This document shows, in pieces, positions 38,630-51,160 of a DNA stretch of 64,000 nucleotides. The translations under genes were made by a program, and so were the position numbers. Position 1 is the first letter of the stretch, and each line of letters opens with the position of its first letter. This DNA comes from Macrostomum lignano (lineage: Eukaryota), in assembly GCA_002269645.1 (NCBI GenBank), contig NIVC01000181.1, positions 147,547-211,546 of the forward strand, given 5' to 3'. Under the pieces are notes generated by a model that was not told the origin of the DNA, did not search any database, and saw only the letters and a list, made by a program, of their open reading frames with translations.

Positions 38630-39104
38630 TCATACATGCGCAACCTTGGGAATCACTCGGCCGTTTCTATTGGCAATACACACATGTAAGTCGCTATTGG
38701 CTGAGAGCAGTCACGTGACTACTATTCCGTCCAATAGCGACTTACATGTGTGTGTTGCCAATAGAAACGGCCGGGTGAATCCCTAGGTTGCGCCCAAGCA
38801 TGTCTCGGATGACCTTGAGAAATTTTACTTCAGAGGGAAATTTTATTAATAAATGTTCGTTTTAGGGTTTAACAGTAAGAGTTATCCTTCAAACGGGTGG
38901 CCTTGAGGAATCCATCATTAAGCGCTTAGTATCATGCTTAGGCGCAACCTAGGGATTCACCCGGCCGTTTCTATTGGCAACACACACATGTAAGTCGCTA
39001 TTGGACGGAATAGTAATCACGTGACTGCTCTCAGCCAATAGCGAATTACATGTGTGTGTGTTGTCAATAGAAACGGCCGAGTGATTCCCATGGTTGCGCA
39101 TGTA
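38630..39104. mobile_element. Foldback/MITE-like element made of two inverted ~156-bp arms, each itself a near-perfect palindrome centred on CACGTG
   Basis: 38638-38793 is self-complementary, and 38942-39099 is its reverse complement. Confidence 0.65.
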
Positions 39105-39106
39105 TA

Positions 39107-40446
39107 CTAGGGTCGTCAGAAAAGTTCTGTGTATTAGAGAATAGCTCAGCTCTATGAATAGCTGAAGAGTTGGGGTTTTAGCCATAGATATATACATATA
39201 TAAAGAGTCGCTAGCTTCAGTTTTAGAGCAACAGATCATTTCTAGCCAAAATAGCAGTAATTTTTCAACCACACCCATGGCGCATTCCGTCCCGCGAGAG
39301 AGTTTTTCTAAACGCGACAATCGAGCGATCATCAAGTTTCATGTCCTTCAGGGGCGTTCAGCAACCGAGATTTTTGAAGAAATGCGGCAGACCATAGGAG
39401 ACTTTTGCCCATCTTATGAGACGATTCGCCGCTGGGCTATTGCCATTCGCAACGGTAAAGAAGACCTCGACGACAAGCCACGCAGTGGACGACCAACGAG
39501 TGCTCGGCCTGACAGCCTGGTGAGTCAGGTGGAGGCAGCCGTGCTGCAGGACCGGATACTGACCACCAGGCAGCTGGCTGATGCCATAGGGGTGTCCAAG
39601 GACTCAGTCCACAAGATCCTGACCGAGGACCTTGGGATGCGCAAGGTCTGTGCCAAGTGGGTGCCGCATCTGCTCACTGACGATCAGCGGGCTCGGCGGG
39701 TCGCCATGTGCGCATCCAACCTGCAGCGGTGTCGGCGGGAGGGCATGGCGTTCCTGCAGAGGATCGTTGCCTGCGACGAAACCTGGGCGCATTCTTGGGA
39801 GGCGGAGTTGAAGCGGCAGAGTGCCACATGGTGCAGGCCAGGTTCTCCGCGACCTCAAAAGGCCATCCGGAGCATCGGCCAGCTGAAGGTCATGCACGTG
39901 ACTTTCTTCGACTGGGAGGGTCTGTTGTTCGATCAGCCTGTGCCAGTGAGGCAGACGGTCAATGGTGATTTCTACCGTCGGTTCTGGTGAAAGTTCGGCG
40001 TGCCATTCGGGACAAAAGACCTGCACTTCACGCGGCTGGCCAGACTCTGCTTCACGACAACGCAGCCCCGCACCGAAAGCAAGCGTGCTGGCTACGATCG
40101 AGTCGTGGGGGTGGGAAATTCTTCCGCATCCGCCTTATTCCCCGGACTTAAGTCCATGCGACTTTTTCCTCTTCCCTCGCATCAAGGAGTCGATGCGAGG
40201 CCAGCGTTTCAGCACAGAGGAAGACGTGAATCAGGCCTACAAGGCTGGCATTGCCGCCGTGACGAACAATGGCATGACTACAGGCATTGACGGGCTGGTG
40301 CGGCGTTGGGAGAAGTGTATTGAAGCTGAGGGCTCATACTTTGAGTGAATAGATGTTAAGGAAGACATTTGTAACTTTTCATGTTTCTACTGTTTATCGT
40401 TCTCAAGTTATTACAATATACACAGAACTTTTCTGATATCAGTTAG
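39107..40446 (+). mobile_element. Mariner (DD34D) DNA transposon, ~1.34 kb; transposase 39277-40348 is broken by two frameshifts (~39980 and ~40075)
   Basis: HTH region, WVPHLL, CDETW, HDNA and PHPPYSPDLSPCDFFLF motifs. The TIR core TCAGAAAAGTTCTGTGTA is present at both ends, with TA at 39105-06 and 40447-48. Confidence 0.93.
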
Positions 40447-40807
40447 TACATCTAACAAATGACCTTGGGAAACTCCTCACATGTGGCTATGTTTATCTAA
40501 CAAATGGCCTTGGGAAACTATTCACAAGTAACTAGTCTCTCAAACGAGCAAATTTAAGGAGTCTTTCTAGATAATACTATAATTAACAGATGACCTTGAT
40601 AAAGTTTTTCGTGATTTTTCCATAGATAACTCTGGAGAATTGCAATCTTTAACGGTTAATACTGGTAAATACTACAAGCAGTCATGCTCATTCCGCTGAC
40701 TCCTGATCACGCCCACGGGGGTGTACAGCGGCCCTGACTTTCTCATCGTCAGACGTGTACACACCCTGTGCATTGAAGGTGGGCACTGGCACTCAGCCTG
40801 CCTAGGG

Positions 40808-43380
40808 TTAGCCCATAGACTGCTGCTGCCCAGCCCCGTCGCCGCCCTGCAGAAATATGCTGTTATAGAGCTGCTCAGACGGTAAAAACCATTTATCAAC
40901 AACAATAAAAGTCTGATCAGAGCTGGAACTGCAGCAGCTGGACGTGCTGCAGAGTCGCCAGCCAGTAGCCCGCAGCAGCGAGGCCCATTCAAGTCGGCTC
41001 TTGCTGGCGTCTGAGTTCAGGTACACCTCCTCCATGCTGCCCTTCACCCAGGCGGTGTAGAATGGCAGCGGGGCGCAGAACTGGCTGAGCATCGGCGCTG
41101 GCTGGGTGAGGCGGGCGAGTTCGGTGTCAAATGGGGGCACGGATTTCAGATAGGCCAGCGGCCCGGTCAGGCTGGTGGTGATGTGAAAGCCGCGAAAGCA
41201 GACTACATTGTCCTTCACCTGCAGGCGCGGAGGTGGCACTGCCGGTTATTCACGATTGTTCTTAATTTGGTACACCGCTGCAGTCATGTGAAAACCTTAG
41301 CGCACACCCAGGCCTATTTCTAATTAGCCCAAGGCGGTCACGTGACATTAGACCACATCCAGACCCACTTCTAATTGGCCGAGAGCGGTCACGTGACAGA
41401 CAACATTAGCCCACAAACAGAAACAGGCCCATTTCTAATTGGCCGAGAGCGGTCACGTGACAAAATTGCCTACAACTAGGAGCAACTCTAATTGGCTTTA
41501 GAGCGGTCACGTGACGGAGCAGTCCGTGTGCTGCCAGTAAAAAACGGCCGGGTGATTCCTAAAGTTCCTCATGATAATCAAGTCAAATATAATGGATTGC
41601 ACCACAAATGAATTCCCACAAATTTTGTCCGGTTCGACTCACTTCCAAATAGACGCCTTTGGCCCGGCTGGCCGCGTAGCCACCCAGCCAATCGCGGAGC
41701 TGCTGCACCAGCGGCTGGATCTGATAGAATTCCGCCTCGGCTAGCAGCGCCTCGCCCTCGGAAAATCCGTCCGGCAGGCTGAGGCGGCCGTTTCTAAGAA
41801 AGTTCAACACGTGACGAAACAGATTGCCGTCGCGATCGATTGCGGCCGGATTATTCAATCGAAATCGATCGGAGAACATGGCGCCAAGCATGGAGTCGGG
41901 GTAGCGGGTCAGGGTAGACAAGGAGGTTGAGTAGCGGGTGCCGCCTACGTCCAGCGTTATCAGCGAGCCTGCGGAGGTGGGGAGTTGGGAGGATTGCTCG
42001 ATTGAAGGCTGGCTGACTGTCTTCGTGCCGATCTGTCTGCCTAACTCTTTTTAATCCCTCAAATGTGGCTTAGTTTATCTAAAAAATGACCTTGGGAACT
42101 CCCTCACATGTGGCTTAGTTTATCTAACAAATGACCTTGGGAAATCCCTCGCATGTGGCTTAGTTTATCTAAAAAATGACCTTGGGAAATCCCTCACATG
42201 TGGCTTAGTTTATCTAACAAATGACCTTGGGAACTCCCTCGCATGTGGCTTAGTTTATCTAAAAAATGACCTTGGGAAATCCCTCGCATGTGGCTTAGTT
42301 TATCTAACAAATGACCTTGGGAAATCCCTCGCATGTGGCTTAGTTTATCTAAAAAATGACCTTGGGAAATCCCTCACATGTGGCTTAGTTTATCTAACAA
42401 ATGACCTTGGGAACTCCCTCACATGTGGCTTAGTTTATCTAAAAAAACGACCTTGGGAAATCCCTCGCATGTGGCTTAGTTTATCTAACAAATGCCCTGG
42501 GGACTCCCTCACATGTGGCTTAGTTTATCTAACAAATGACCTTGGGAACTCCCTCACATGTGGCTTAGTTTATCTAACAAATGACCTTGGGAACTCCCTC
42601 ACATGTGGCTTAGTTTATCTAACAAATGACCTTGGGAACTCCCTCACATGTGGCTTAGTTTATCTAAAAAACGACCTTGGGAAATCCCTCGCATGTGGCT
42701 TAGTTTATCTAACAAATGACCTTGGGAAATCCCTCACATGTGGCTTAGTTTATCTAACAAATGACCTTGGGAACTCCCTCACATGTAGCTTAGTTTATCT
42801 AACAAATGACCTTGGGAAATCCCTCACGTGGCTTAATTACTCGTAGTTTATCTAACAAATGACCTTGGGAAATCCCTCGCATGTGGCTTAGTTTATCTAA
42901 CAAATGACCTTGGGAAATCCCTCACATGTGGCTTAGTGACAATCGGTCAGCCCGAACCACAGAGCACTCACTCTGCTCATCTGCACAGGACTCCAAGCTG
43001 ATATTTGCCTCAGTTGATGAAGCTTTTGCAGTCTCAGCAGATTCGGCAGTTTCTCTTAGCTGCAGCAGGCAGTTTCGCAGTTCAGGCAGGCAATAGAAGT
43101 CGCTGTCTTCTAGCAGCAGATGAAATTTGGCCGATCCAACCGATTCAATGTCCAGAGGTGAGCGTCGATAGCGCAGAAAGTTGAGCACCAAGCCGAAGGT
43201 GTCGGGATCGCGGTCGATGCACACGGCGCCGTCAGAGTCAGCGATGCTGCGCAGCTGGCCACGGGCCAGACGGCACAGGAGGCTCTCAGGCCAGGGCGCG
43301 AGAGTCTGCAAGAACACCTGGTGCCGCCGCCCACCAACATTGAATATGACTAGGCCACTGGTCGAATCGAAGCTGCTCAT
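40808..43380 (-). CDS. KCTD-family protein with two tandem BTB/T1 domains, ~381 aa; exons 43380-42972, 41968-41643, 41218-40808
   Basis: BTB1: VIFNVGGRRHQVFLQTL...CIDRDPDTFGLVLNFLR. BTB2: ITLDVGGTRYSTSLSTLTRYPDSMLGAMF...IDRDGNLFRHVLNFLRNGRL...EAEFYQIQPL. Both donors are GTGAGT, acceptors are CCGCAG and CTGCAG, phases are 1 and 0, and the exons sum to 1146 nt. Confidence 0.8.
41293..41566. mobile_element. Relative of the 38630-39104 element in KCTD intron 2, with four CTAATT(G/A)G..GGTCACGTGAC units
   Basis: The right end AAACGGCCGGGTGATTCCTAAAGTT resembles the end of the 38638-38793 arm, and the ATTGG-N11-CACGTG unit recurs internally. Confidence 0.55.
42055..42935. repeat. 45-bp minisatellite in KCTD intron 1
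   Basis: CCCTCACATGTGGCTTAGTTTATCTAACAAATGACCTTGGGAAAT. Confidence 0.97.
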
Positions 43381-44293
43381 TTCCTGGCTTCAAATGCTTT
43401 GCAGAAGAGAATGGAACAGCTTGTGTTGGCTATGGAAATGACAAGGGTAAAGAAGAGGCTTTGATTTTTTGGCTTGGATAGTTTTCAAGATACAGTTATA
43501 AATTAAGGATTATATATAAGTATAGATTTTAACAAAGACACTAAGAAAATACTATACATGAAATTTTCAAAGCTAAAATGATGCTTTTAGGGCAAGTTAA
43601 TAAGAACAAACAGTAGATAAATCTAGGCTATTCAAGGTGTTATATATTGCTATATAGGAATATTTTTTAATTTATAAAAAGGGTAAGAGAAGAAATAATT
43701 TTTTAAAAGAATAGAATATAATAATTACTCATTAATTGATTATAGCCAATGAGTTAGCTGCTGAAAGGCATTATAACCACAAAAAGTGTTTTTAATATAT
43801 AATATAAAGCTAAGTATTTGTTCTAAAAATATACTAGATGTTCAAGTTTTTTTGTTAAAAGAATATTTTGGCAATGTATTGGAATACGAGTATTGGGATT
43901 TTGCTTCACTGAGCTCATACTGGCTTTGAATTTATTCCAGACTTGGACAATATTGTATTGATTGTATTAAAAATATAAAATAAAGTCACAATATAATGTA
44001 AGGTCGAGCTATATATAAAGAGAAAAACAGACGAACTGACCCTTGATCTTGTTTTTAATATATTGATTTGCATTTATACATATAGGCAGAACTCACTATC
44101 AGCTAGGCTAGGAAAGTAGGTGTCAATCATACTCATACAATTGTGTACAAAGGCACTCCTCCACCACGCGCACAAATAGTCCTTGATTGTAAATTTAAAG
44201 CTGGTCATTGTTATGGAAATTTTCTGTTTTTTTTCAAATATTAGGCTTAAGCTGCTTAAGACTAGGTACCAGTACTGGCAGTATTGTATATAG

Positions 44294-44440
44294 CAGGCGC
44301 GTAGCCAGGATTCCCACCCATGGAGAAAATGGAGAAACACACAGTCAAAAAATTCCTCCCCCCTTTCTGGGATACCAGGGGACATGTCCTCCCTGAAGGG
44401 GGGATTTTTTACTGCCCTTGTATTTTGCTTCTACGCCGCC
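44294..44440. mobile_element. Short hAT-like MITE candidate
   Basis: Ends CAGGCGCGTAGC...CTACGCCGCC, flanked by the near-identical 8-mers GTATATAG and ATATATAG. Confidence 0.35.
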
Positions 44441-47400
44441 ATATATAGAACAACACACAGACCCATGCATGATGGTGTGGCAATGGCTAGCAGCTAGCTG
44501 ATAAGTGCATTTCTATGAAAACAGGTAATTTAATTTTGTTCGTAGTTTAACGAGAAAAAACAAAGCTTATGCTTCTGAGTTACCTAATAATACCAAAATA
44601 AAAGCACATACTGTTAAAGTCAAAAAAGTTTTAAGTAACCGTACATCAAGCAAAATGGGAATAAAAGCTTTGAGTTGATAACGACGAGCAGGAAAAGTGA
44701 TGCAATTGTACATTGCGATTACCATAGGAAATAATAGTATGGTCTTTTCGCTTGTTCTGGTTCCAGAACCAGAACCAATTTGTGAAGTATAACTTTTTGT
44801 CTCCATAACTAGAAAGAGATACGTGCTATAAAGTTTTTATTATTAAATGAAAATCGCCAAGAAGAAAGTGAAAAATTGTGCTAAGTGAGGTTGTTAAGGC
44901 AGTCAAACATTCAACAGAATTAAATAGTTATACTGCTGTTTTTCTTGGAAGATCCGAACCGATTCTGATTCTGGAATTGGTAATATGAAAAGCCTCTATG
45001 CCAACATCTTGAACGTCTTCGACATGTTTGATTTGATAATTTATGGGCCAGCACTAGCTAGCAGGACTAGTAAGGTAGTATTCCTACAACTACAAGTTTA
45101 TATACTTATATTTTCCTAGCTTTTTTGTCCATTTTTAATGAGCCGGTAAGAGAAAGAAAGAGAGGAGGTAAGAGGACCCATGCCATAATGGAGGTACCGT
45201 GGTGTGGCGTGGCGCACTTCATTATAGACTTCCATACTATTTGTATTACATAACAGACCCTAAGCTAATAGTATCAGGGCCTAATCCATTTATCGTAATT
45301 GTATTTGTATCCTGTACCAAATCTAAATTTGTTAGTCCTAATCTAAATTTGAGCCCAACTAGTGTAGGCCTAGTGTAGGTTGAACTTAAATAAAAGCTAA
45401 CTAGCGGCTAGCCCAATTAAGGATTAAGAACTAGCCTAAGACTAAGAGTCTTCAGCCAGTGATGTGTTGTTCCTGTGACCTACAAATATGCATGCAACAA
45501 AACAAAAGGGGTAGGCCCTAGCAAATTAAAAAAAAAACAATTTTTGTAAGCAATTTGCCAAGCAATTAAATTAGGGGCAATGGCTAGAGTTCCAACACCA
45601 AAAACATTTTCTAATGGCTAGGCCCTATGGATCATGAACTTCATTAGTAGATAATGATATGAATTTCATTAGGCCTAGTAGATAATGATATAAACTTCAT
45701 TAGTAGATCTCTACATATAAAAATGAAAACTCTGTGTGTCTGTAGACAATTTTGATCGCTATGGACTCCCAAACCGCTCAACCAAATGACACCAAACTTT
45801 ACACCCACCCTAAACTTACTACGGAGAATGTCTTAGGCTACCTTTTAATTTCCTAGACTCAAGTCTTCCTACCTAAAAGTACAAAAAACTGCTCAAAATG
45901 CGCGATTTTTTCACTAAATCCTTCATAGCGCCGCTCCACTTCTACCGATTCTCTTCAAATTTGACACACTCAATCTTCAACTATTTTGACACAATCATGT
46001 AAAATTTTGAGTCTCAAAGTTAATCCTGAAAGCCGCTGTGCACTTTTAAAGTTAGGCTGTTTTTTTTCAGCGAGGCAGCCACCCCAACCTCCGCCCGCCT
46101 GCCTCTCTTTCCCGATCTGGGCCCAGATGTGTAAAAGGGTTTCAAAATTGACTAACTTTCAGCTGCCATAAGTTTGCTCCATGTAAAACGATTGACTTCA
46201 AACTTGACACAATTCTTCATTGACCCATTCTCTGTCTAAATGTAAAGTTTCAACTCTGTAACTCAACCAAAAAAGAAACTGTAAGCATGTGAAGTTTGTC
46301 TGCTTTTTCTGTTGTTTGTGCCACTCACTCACTCCACTCATTCCCCCAGAGCCAGACGAAGGATCAGGCGGTAGGACTGAATGTACATAGCAAATGTACA
46401 GTGTTTTGGAATAACTTTTTTTATAGCCTTCTCGTACCCCGAGAGTGGAGAGGCTACGTTTAGCCATAACAGTTTAGTGAGAAATTCTAACCACTGCCCT
46501 CCTCTCTGTATTGGCAAACTCTGCAGCAGTTTAACAGAGGATGGCAATTGGCAAATCGAGGCAATCCAGCATGGTTTGTAAAAGCGAAATATATTTATGA
46601 AAAGGCGATGCGATGCAATGAAATACAACCCTACTAAATTAGGCACACCATGGAAATTTTAAGTTTCTCTTAATAGTACTTTGAAATTTAAATGGCCTAA
46701 GAAATGCATATTTCCTTGGTTGTTAGACTGATGCAGACTGCAGTGGAGCTGAAGATACACAAATTCCTTTCAGGGCTGCAAATTGGCAAGAAAGATGACG
46801 TGATCAAAGCATGAGAATAACGATGAGAGTAGTACATCCCACAAACTGGCTCCTCCTATATATGTCCTCCCTGAAGGGGGGATTTTTTATTGCCCTTGTA
46901 TTTTGCTTCTACGCCGCCATATATAGAACAACACACAGACCCATGCATGATGGTGTGGCAATGGCTAGCAGCTAGCTGATAAGTGCATTTCTATGAAAAC
47001 AGGTAATTTAATTTTGTTCGTAGTTTAACGAGAAAAAACAAAGCTTATGCTTCTGAGTTACCTAATAATACCAAAATAAAAGCACATACTGTTAAAGTCA
47101 AAAAAGTTTTAAGTAACCGTACATCAAGCAAAATGGGAATAAAAGCTTTGAGTTGATAACGACGAGCAGGAAAAGTGATGCAATTGTACATTGCGATTAC
47201 CATAGGAAATAATAGTATGGTCTTTTCGCTTGTTCTGGTTCCAGAACCAGAACCAATTTGTGAAGTATAACTTTTTGTCTCCATAACTAGAAAGAGATAC
47301 GTGCTATAAAGTTTTTATTATTAAATGAAAATCGCCAAGAAGAAAGTGAAAAATTGTGCTAAGTGAGGTTGTTAAGGCAGTCAAACATTCAACAGAATTA

Positions 47401-49329
47401 AATAGTTATACTGCTGTTTTTCTTGGAAGATCCGAACCGATTCTGATTCTGGAATTGGTAATATGAAAAGCCTCTATGCCAACATCTTGAACGTCTTCGA
47501 CATGTTTGATTTGATAATTTATGGGCCAGCACTAGCTAGCAGGACTAGTAAGGTAGTATTCCTACAACTACAAGTTTATATACTTATATTTTCCTAGCTT
47601 TTTTGTCCATTTTTAATGAGCCGGTAAGAGAAAGAAAGAGAGGAGGTAAGAGGACCCATGCCATAATGGAGGTACCATGGTGTGGCGTGGCGCACTTCAT
47701 TATAGACTTCCATACTATTTGTATTACATAACAGACCCTAAGCTAATAGTATCAGGGCCTAATCCATTTATCGTAATTGTATTTGTATCCTGTACCAAAT
47801 CTAAATTTGTTAGTCCTAATCTAAATTTGAGCCCAACTAGTGTAGGCCTAGTGTAGGTTGAACTTAAATAAAAGCTAACTAGCGGCTAGCCCAATTAAGG
47901 ATTAAGAACTAGCCTAAGACTAAGAGTCTTCAGCCAGTGATGTGTTGTTCCTGTGACCTACAAATATGCATGCAACAAAACAAAAGGGGTAGGCCCTAGC
48001 AAATTAAAAAAAAAACAATTTTTGTAAGCAATTTGCCAAGCAATTAAATTAGGGGCAATGGCTAGAGTTCCAACACCAAAAACATTTTCTAATGGCTAGG
48101 CCCTATGGATCATGAACTTCATTAGTAGATAATGATATGAATTTCATTAGGCCTAGTAGATAATGATATAAACTTCATTAGTAGATCTCTACATATAAAA
48201 ATGAAAACTCTGTGTGTCTGTAGACAATTTTGATCGCTATGGACTCCCAAACCGCACAACCAAATGACACCAAACTTTACACCCACCCTAAACTTACTAC
48301 GGAGAATGTCTTAGGCTACCTTTTAATTTCCTAGACTCAAGTCTTCCTACCTAAAAGTACAAAAAACTGCTCAAAATGCGCGATTTTTTCACTAAATCCT
48401 TCATAGCGCCGCTCCACTTCTACCGATTCTCTTCAAATTTGACACACTCAATCTTCAACTATTTTGACACAATCATGTAAAATTTTGAGTCTCAAAGTTA
48501 ATCCTGAAAGCCGCTGTGCACTTTTAAAGTTAGGCTGTTTTTTTTCAGCGAGGCAGCCACCCCAACCTCCGCCCGCCTGCCTCTCTTTCCCGATCTGGGC
48601 CCAGATGTGTAAAAGGGTTTCAAAATTGACTAACTTTCAGCTGCCATAAGTTTGCTCCATGTAAAACGATTGACTTCAAACTTGACACAATTCTTCATTG
48701 ACCCATTCTCTGTCTAAATGTAAAGTTTCAACTCTGTAACTCAACCAAAAAAGAAACTGTAAGCATGTGAAGTTTGTCTGCTTTTTCTGTTGTTTGTGCC
48801 ACTCACTCACTCCACTCATTCCCCCAGAGCCAGACGAAGGATCAGGCGGTAGGACTGAATGTACATAGCAAATGTACAGTGTTTTGGAATAACTTTTTTT
48901 ATAGCCTTCTCGTACCCCGAGAGTGGAGAGGCTACGTTTAGCCATAACAGTTTAGTGAGAAATTCTAACCACTGCCCTCCTCTCTGTATTGGCAAACTCT
49001 GCAGCAGTTTAACAGAGGATGGCAATTGGCAAATCGAGGCAATCCAGCATGGTTTGTAAAAGCGAAATATATTTATGAAAAGGCGATGCGATGCAATGAA
49101 ATACAACCCTACTAAATTAGGCACACCATGGAAATTTTAAGTTTCTCTTAATAGTACTTTGAAATTTAAATGGCCTAAGAAATGCATATTTCCTTGGTTG
49201 TTAGACTGATGCAGACTGCAGTGGAGCTGAAGATACACAAATTCCTTTCAGGGCTGCAAATTGGCAAGAAAGATGACGTGATCAAAGCATGAGAATAACG
49301 ATGAGAGTAGTACATCCCACAAACTGGCT
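44384..49329 (+). repeat. Near-identical tandem duplication: 44384-46851 and 46862-49329 (2468 bp each, 10-bp spacer)
   Basis: Identical ORF translations are offset by 2478 nt, and only ~3 substitutions were seen by eye. Confidence 0.95.
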
Positions 49330-49399
49330 TTCGAAGCAGTGATCGGCAGACTTTTACTTCAAAAGCCAGATAAAGAATCCAGCTTATGTGCGGGCCAGA

Positions 49400-50208
49400 T
49401 GAGAGTGGAAAGGAGAAGGAATAGACTATTAGAAGAGAGGAGAGGCGGGACGGGGATAAGAGAAAACATGGAAGATAAGAGAAGAGACAAGTGGTGAGGA
49501 GAGAGCAGAGAAGAAGGGAGGAAGAAGCGAGAGGAGGGGAGAAAGGAGGGAGAGGAAAGAGTAAAGGTGAGAAGAGGGGAGAGATGAGACAGAGGATCGA
49601 TGAGCAGAAAAGTAAAGAAGAGTGAGAAGAGAGTAGAGATGAGAGAGCAGAAAGAAGATGACAGAGGGTCAAGAGGAGAGGAGAGAGTAGAAAGGATAGA
49701 GAAGAGAGAAGATAAGAGGGGAGAGAAGAGTGAGAAGAGGAGAGATAGAGATAATAGAGATAAGAGAGGGATGTAAGAAGAGGGGAGAAAGGAGAGATGA
49801 GATTGTAGAGATGAGACAAATGAAAGGAGAGATGAAAGAGTAAAGATGAGAGATGAAAAAGGTGAGAGGAGAGTGCAGAGAGATGAGAGAAGATATTAGA
49901 GGAGAGAGGGTATAGAAGAGGGAAGAGAAAAGAAGAGAGGAGTAAGGAAAGAGAGGAGTCAGAAGAGGTGAAAGAGAAGAGTACAGAGGAGATAAGTGAG
50001 AGAACGTATTAGAGAGTAAAGATGACAGATGAGAGAGCAGAGATGAGGGTGAACAGACGAGAGATGGGAGAGTAGAGAGAACAGAGGAGAGATAAGAGAG
50101 AAGAGATTACAGAGACTAGAGGAGAGAGGAGAGACAGGGAGAGAGAAGAGGAAATAGGAGAATGAAGAGGGGAGAGAGTAGAGAGTAGAAGAGGGATGGG
50201 AGAGGAGA

Positions 50209-50272
<64 letters not shown>

Positions 50273-51160
50273 GAGAGAGAGAGAGAGAGAGCGCAGAGCA
50301 GAGAGAAATGAGAAGAGATAAGAGAGAAAAGATAAAAAAAGAGAAAGGAGAGATAAAAACGCAGACAAGAGAGAAGAGAGGTTAGGGAAGAGACGAGTGA
50401 CGAGGGGAGAGAGAAGAGATAAAACAAGAAAAGAGATGAGAGGAAAGAGAGAGAGGAAAGAGGTGAGAGAAGAGACGAGAGAAGAGGGGAGAGAGGAGAG
50501 AGAGAGGAAAGAGGAGAGAGGAGAGAGGAGAGAGTTAAGAGAAGAGAGAAAAGAATAGAGAGGAGAAGGAAGAGACGAGAGAAGAGGGGGAGAGAGGAGA
50601 GAGAGAAGAAGAGAGAAAACGAAAAAGTAGAGAGGAGAGAGGAGAGGAGAGAGAAAAGAAAAGGGAAAAGATGAGATAAGAGATATGAAAGAGAAGAGAG
50701 ATGAGGGAAGATACGAAAGAAGATAGGAGAGAGGAGAGGAGAGAGAAGACGAAAGAGTAGAGAGGAGAGAGGAGAGGAGAGAGAAAACGAAAAGTAGAGA
50801 GGAGACAGGAGAGAGGAGAGAAGAGAGAAGAGACAAGAGATAAGAGAGATGAAAGAGAAGAGAGATGGGGGAAGATATGAGAGAAGAGAGGAGAGAAGAG
50901 AGAGGAGAGACTAGGGACGAGAGAGAAGAGAGGAAACGAGAGAGAGGAGAGAAGACGAAAGAGTAGAGAGGAGAGAGGAGAGGAGAGAGAAAACGAAAAG
51001 TAGAGAAGAGACAGGAGAGAGGAGAGAAGAGAGAAGAGACAAGAGATAAGAGAGATGAAAGAGAAGAGAGATGGGGGAAGATATGAGAGAAGAGAGGAGA
51101 GAAGAGAGAGGAGAGACTAGGGACGAGAGAGAAGAGAGGAAACAGAAGAGACGATAGAAA
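49400..51160. repeat. GA-rich low-complexity tract
   Basis: Almost pure purines on the + strand; source of the Leu/Ser pseudo-ORFs. Confidence 0.95.

Noticed and set aside
45720-45970. Helentron/HINE-like non-autonomous element inside the duplication
   Set aside because: The resemblance is by general sequence feel only; termini could not be defined.
44567-49124. Duplicated 60-100-aa ORFs within the tandem duplication
   Set aside because: AT-rich with no homology motifs; they recur only because the DNA is duplicated.
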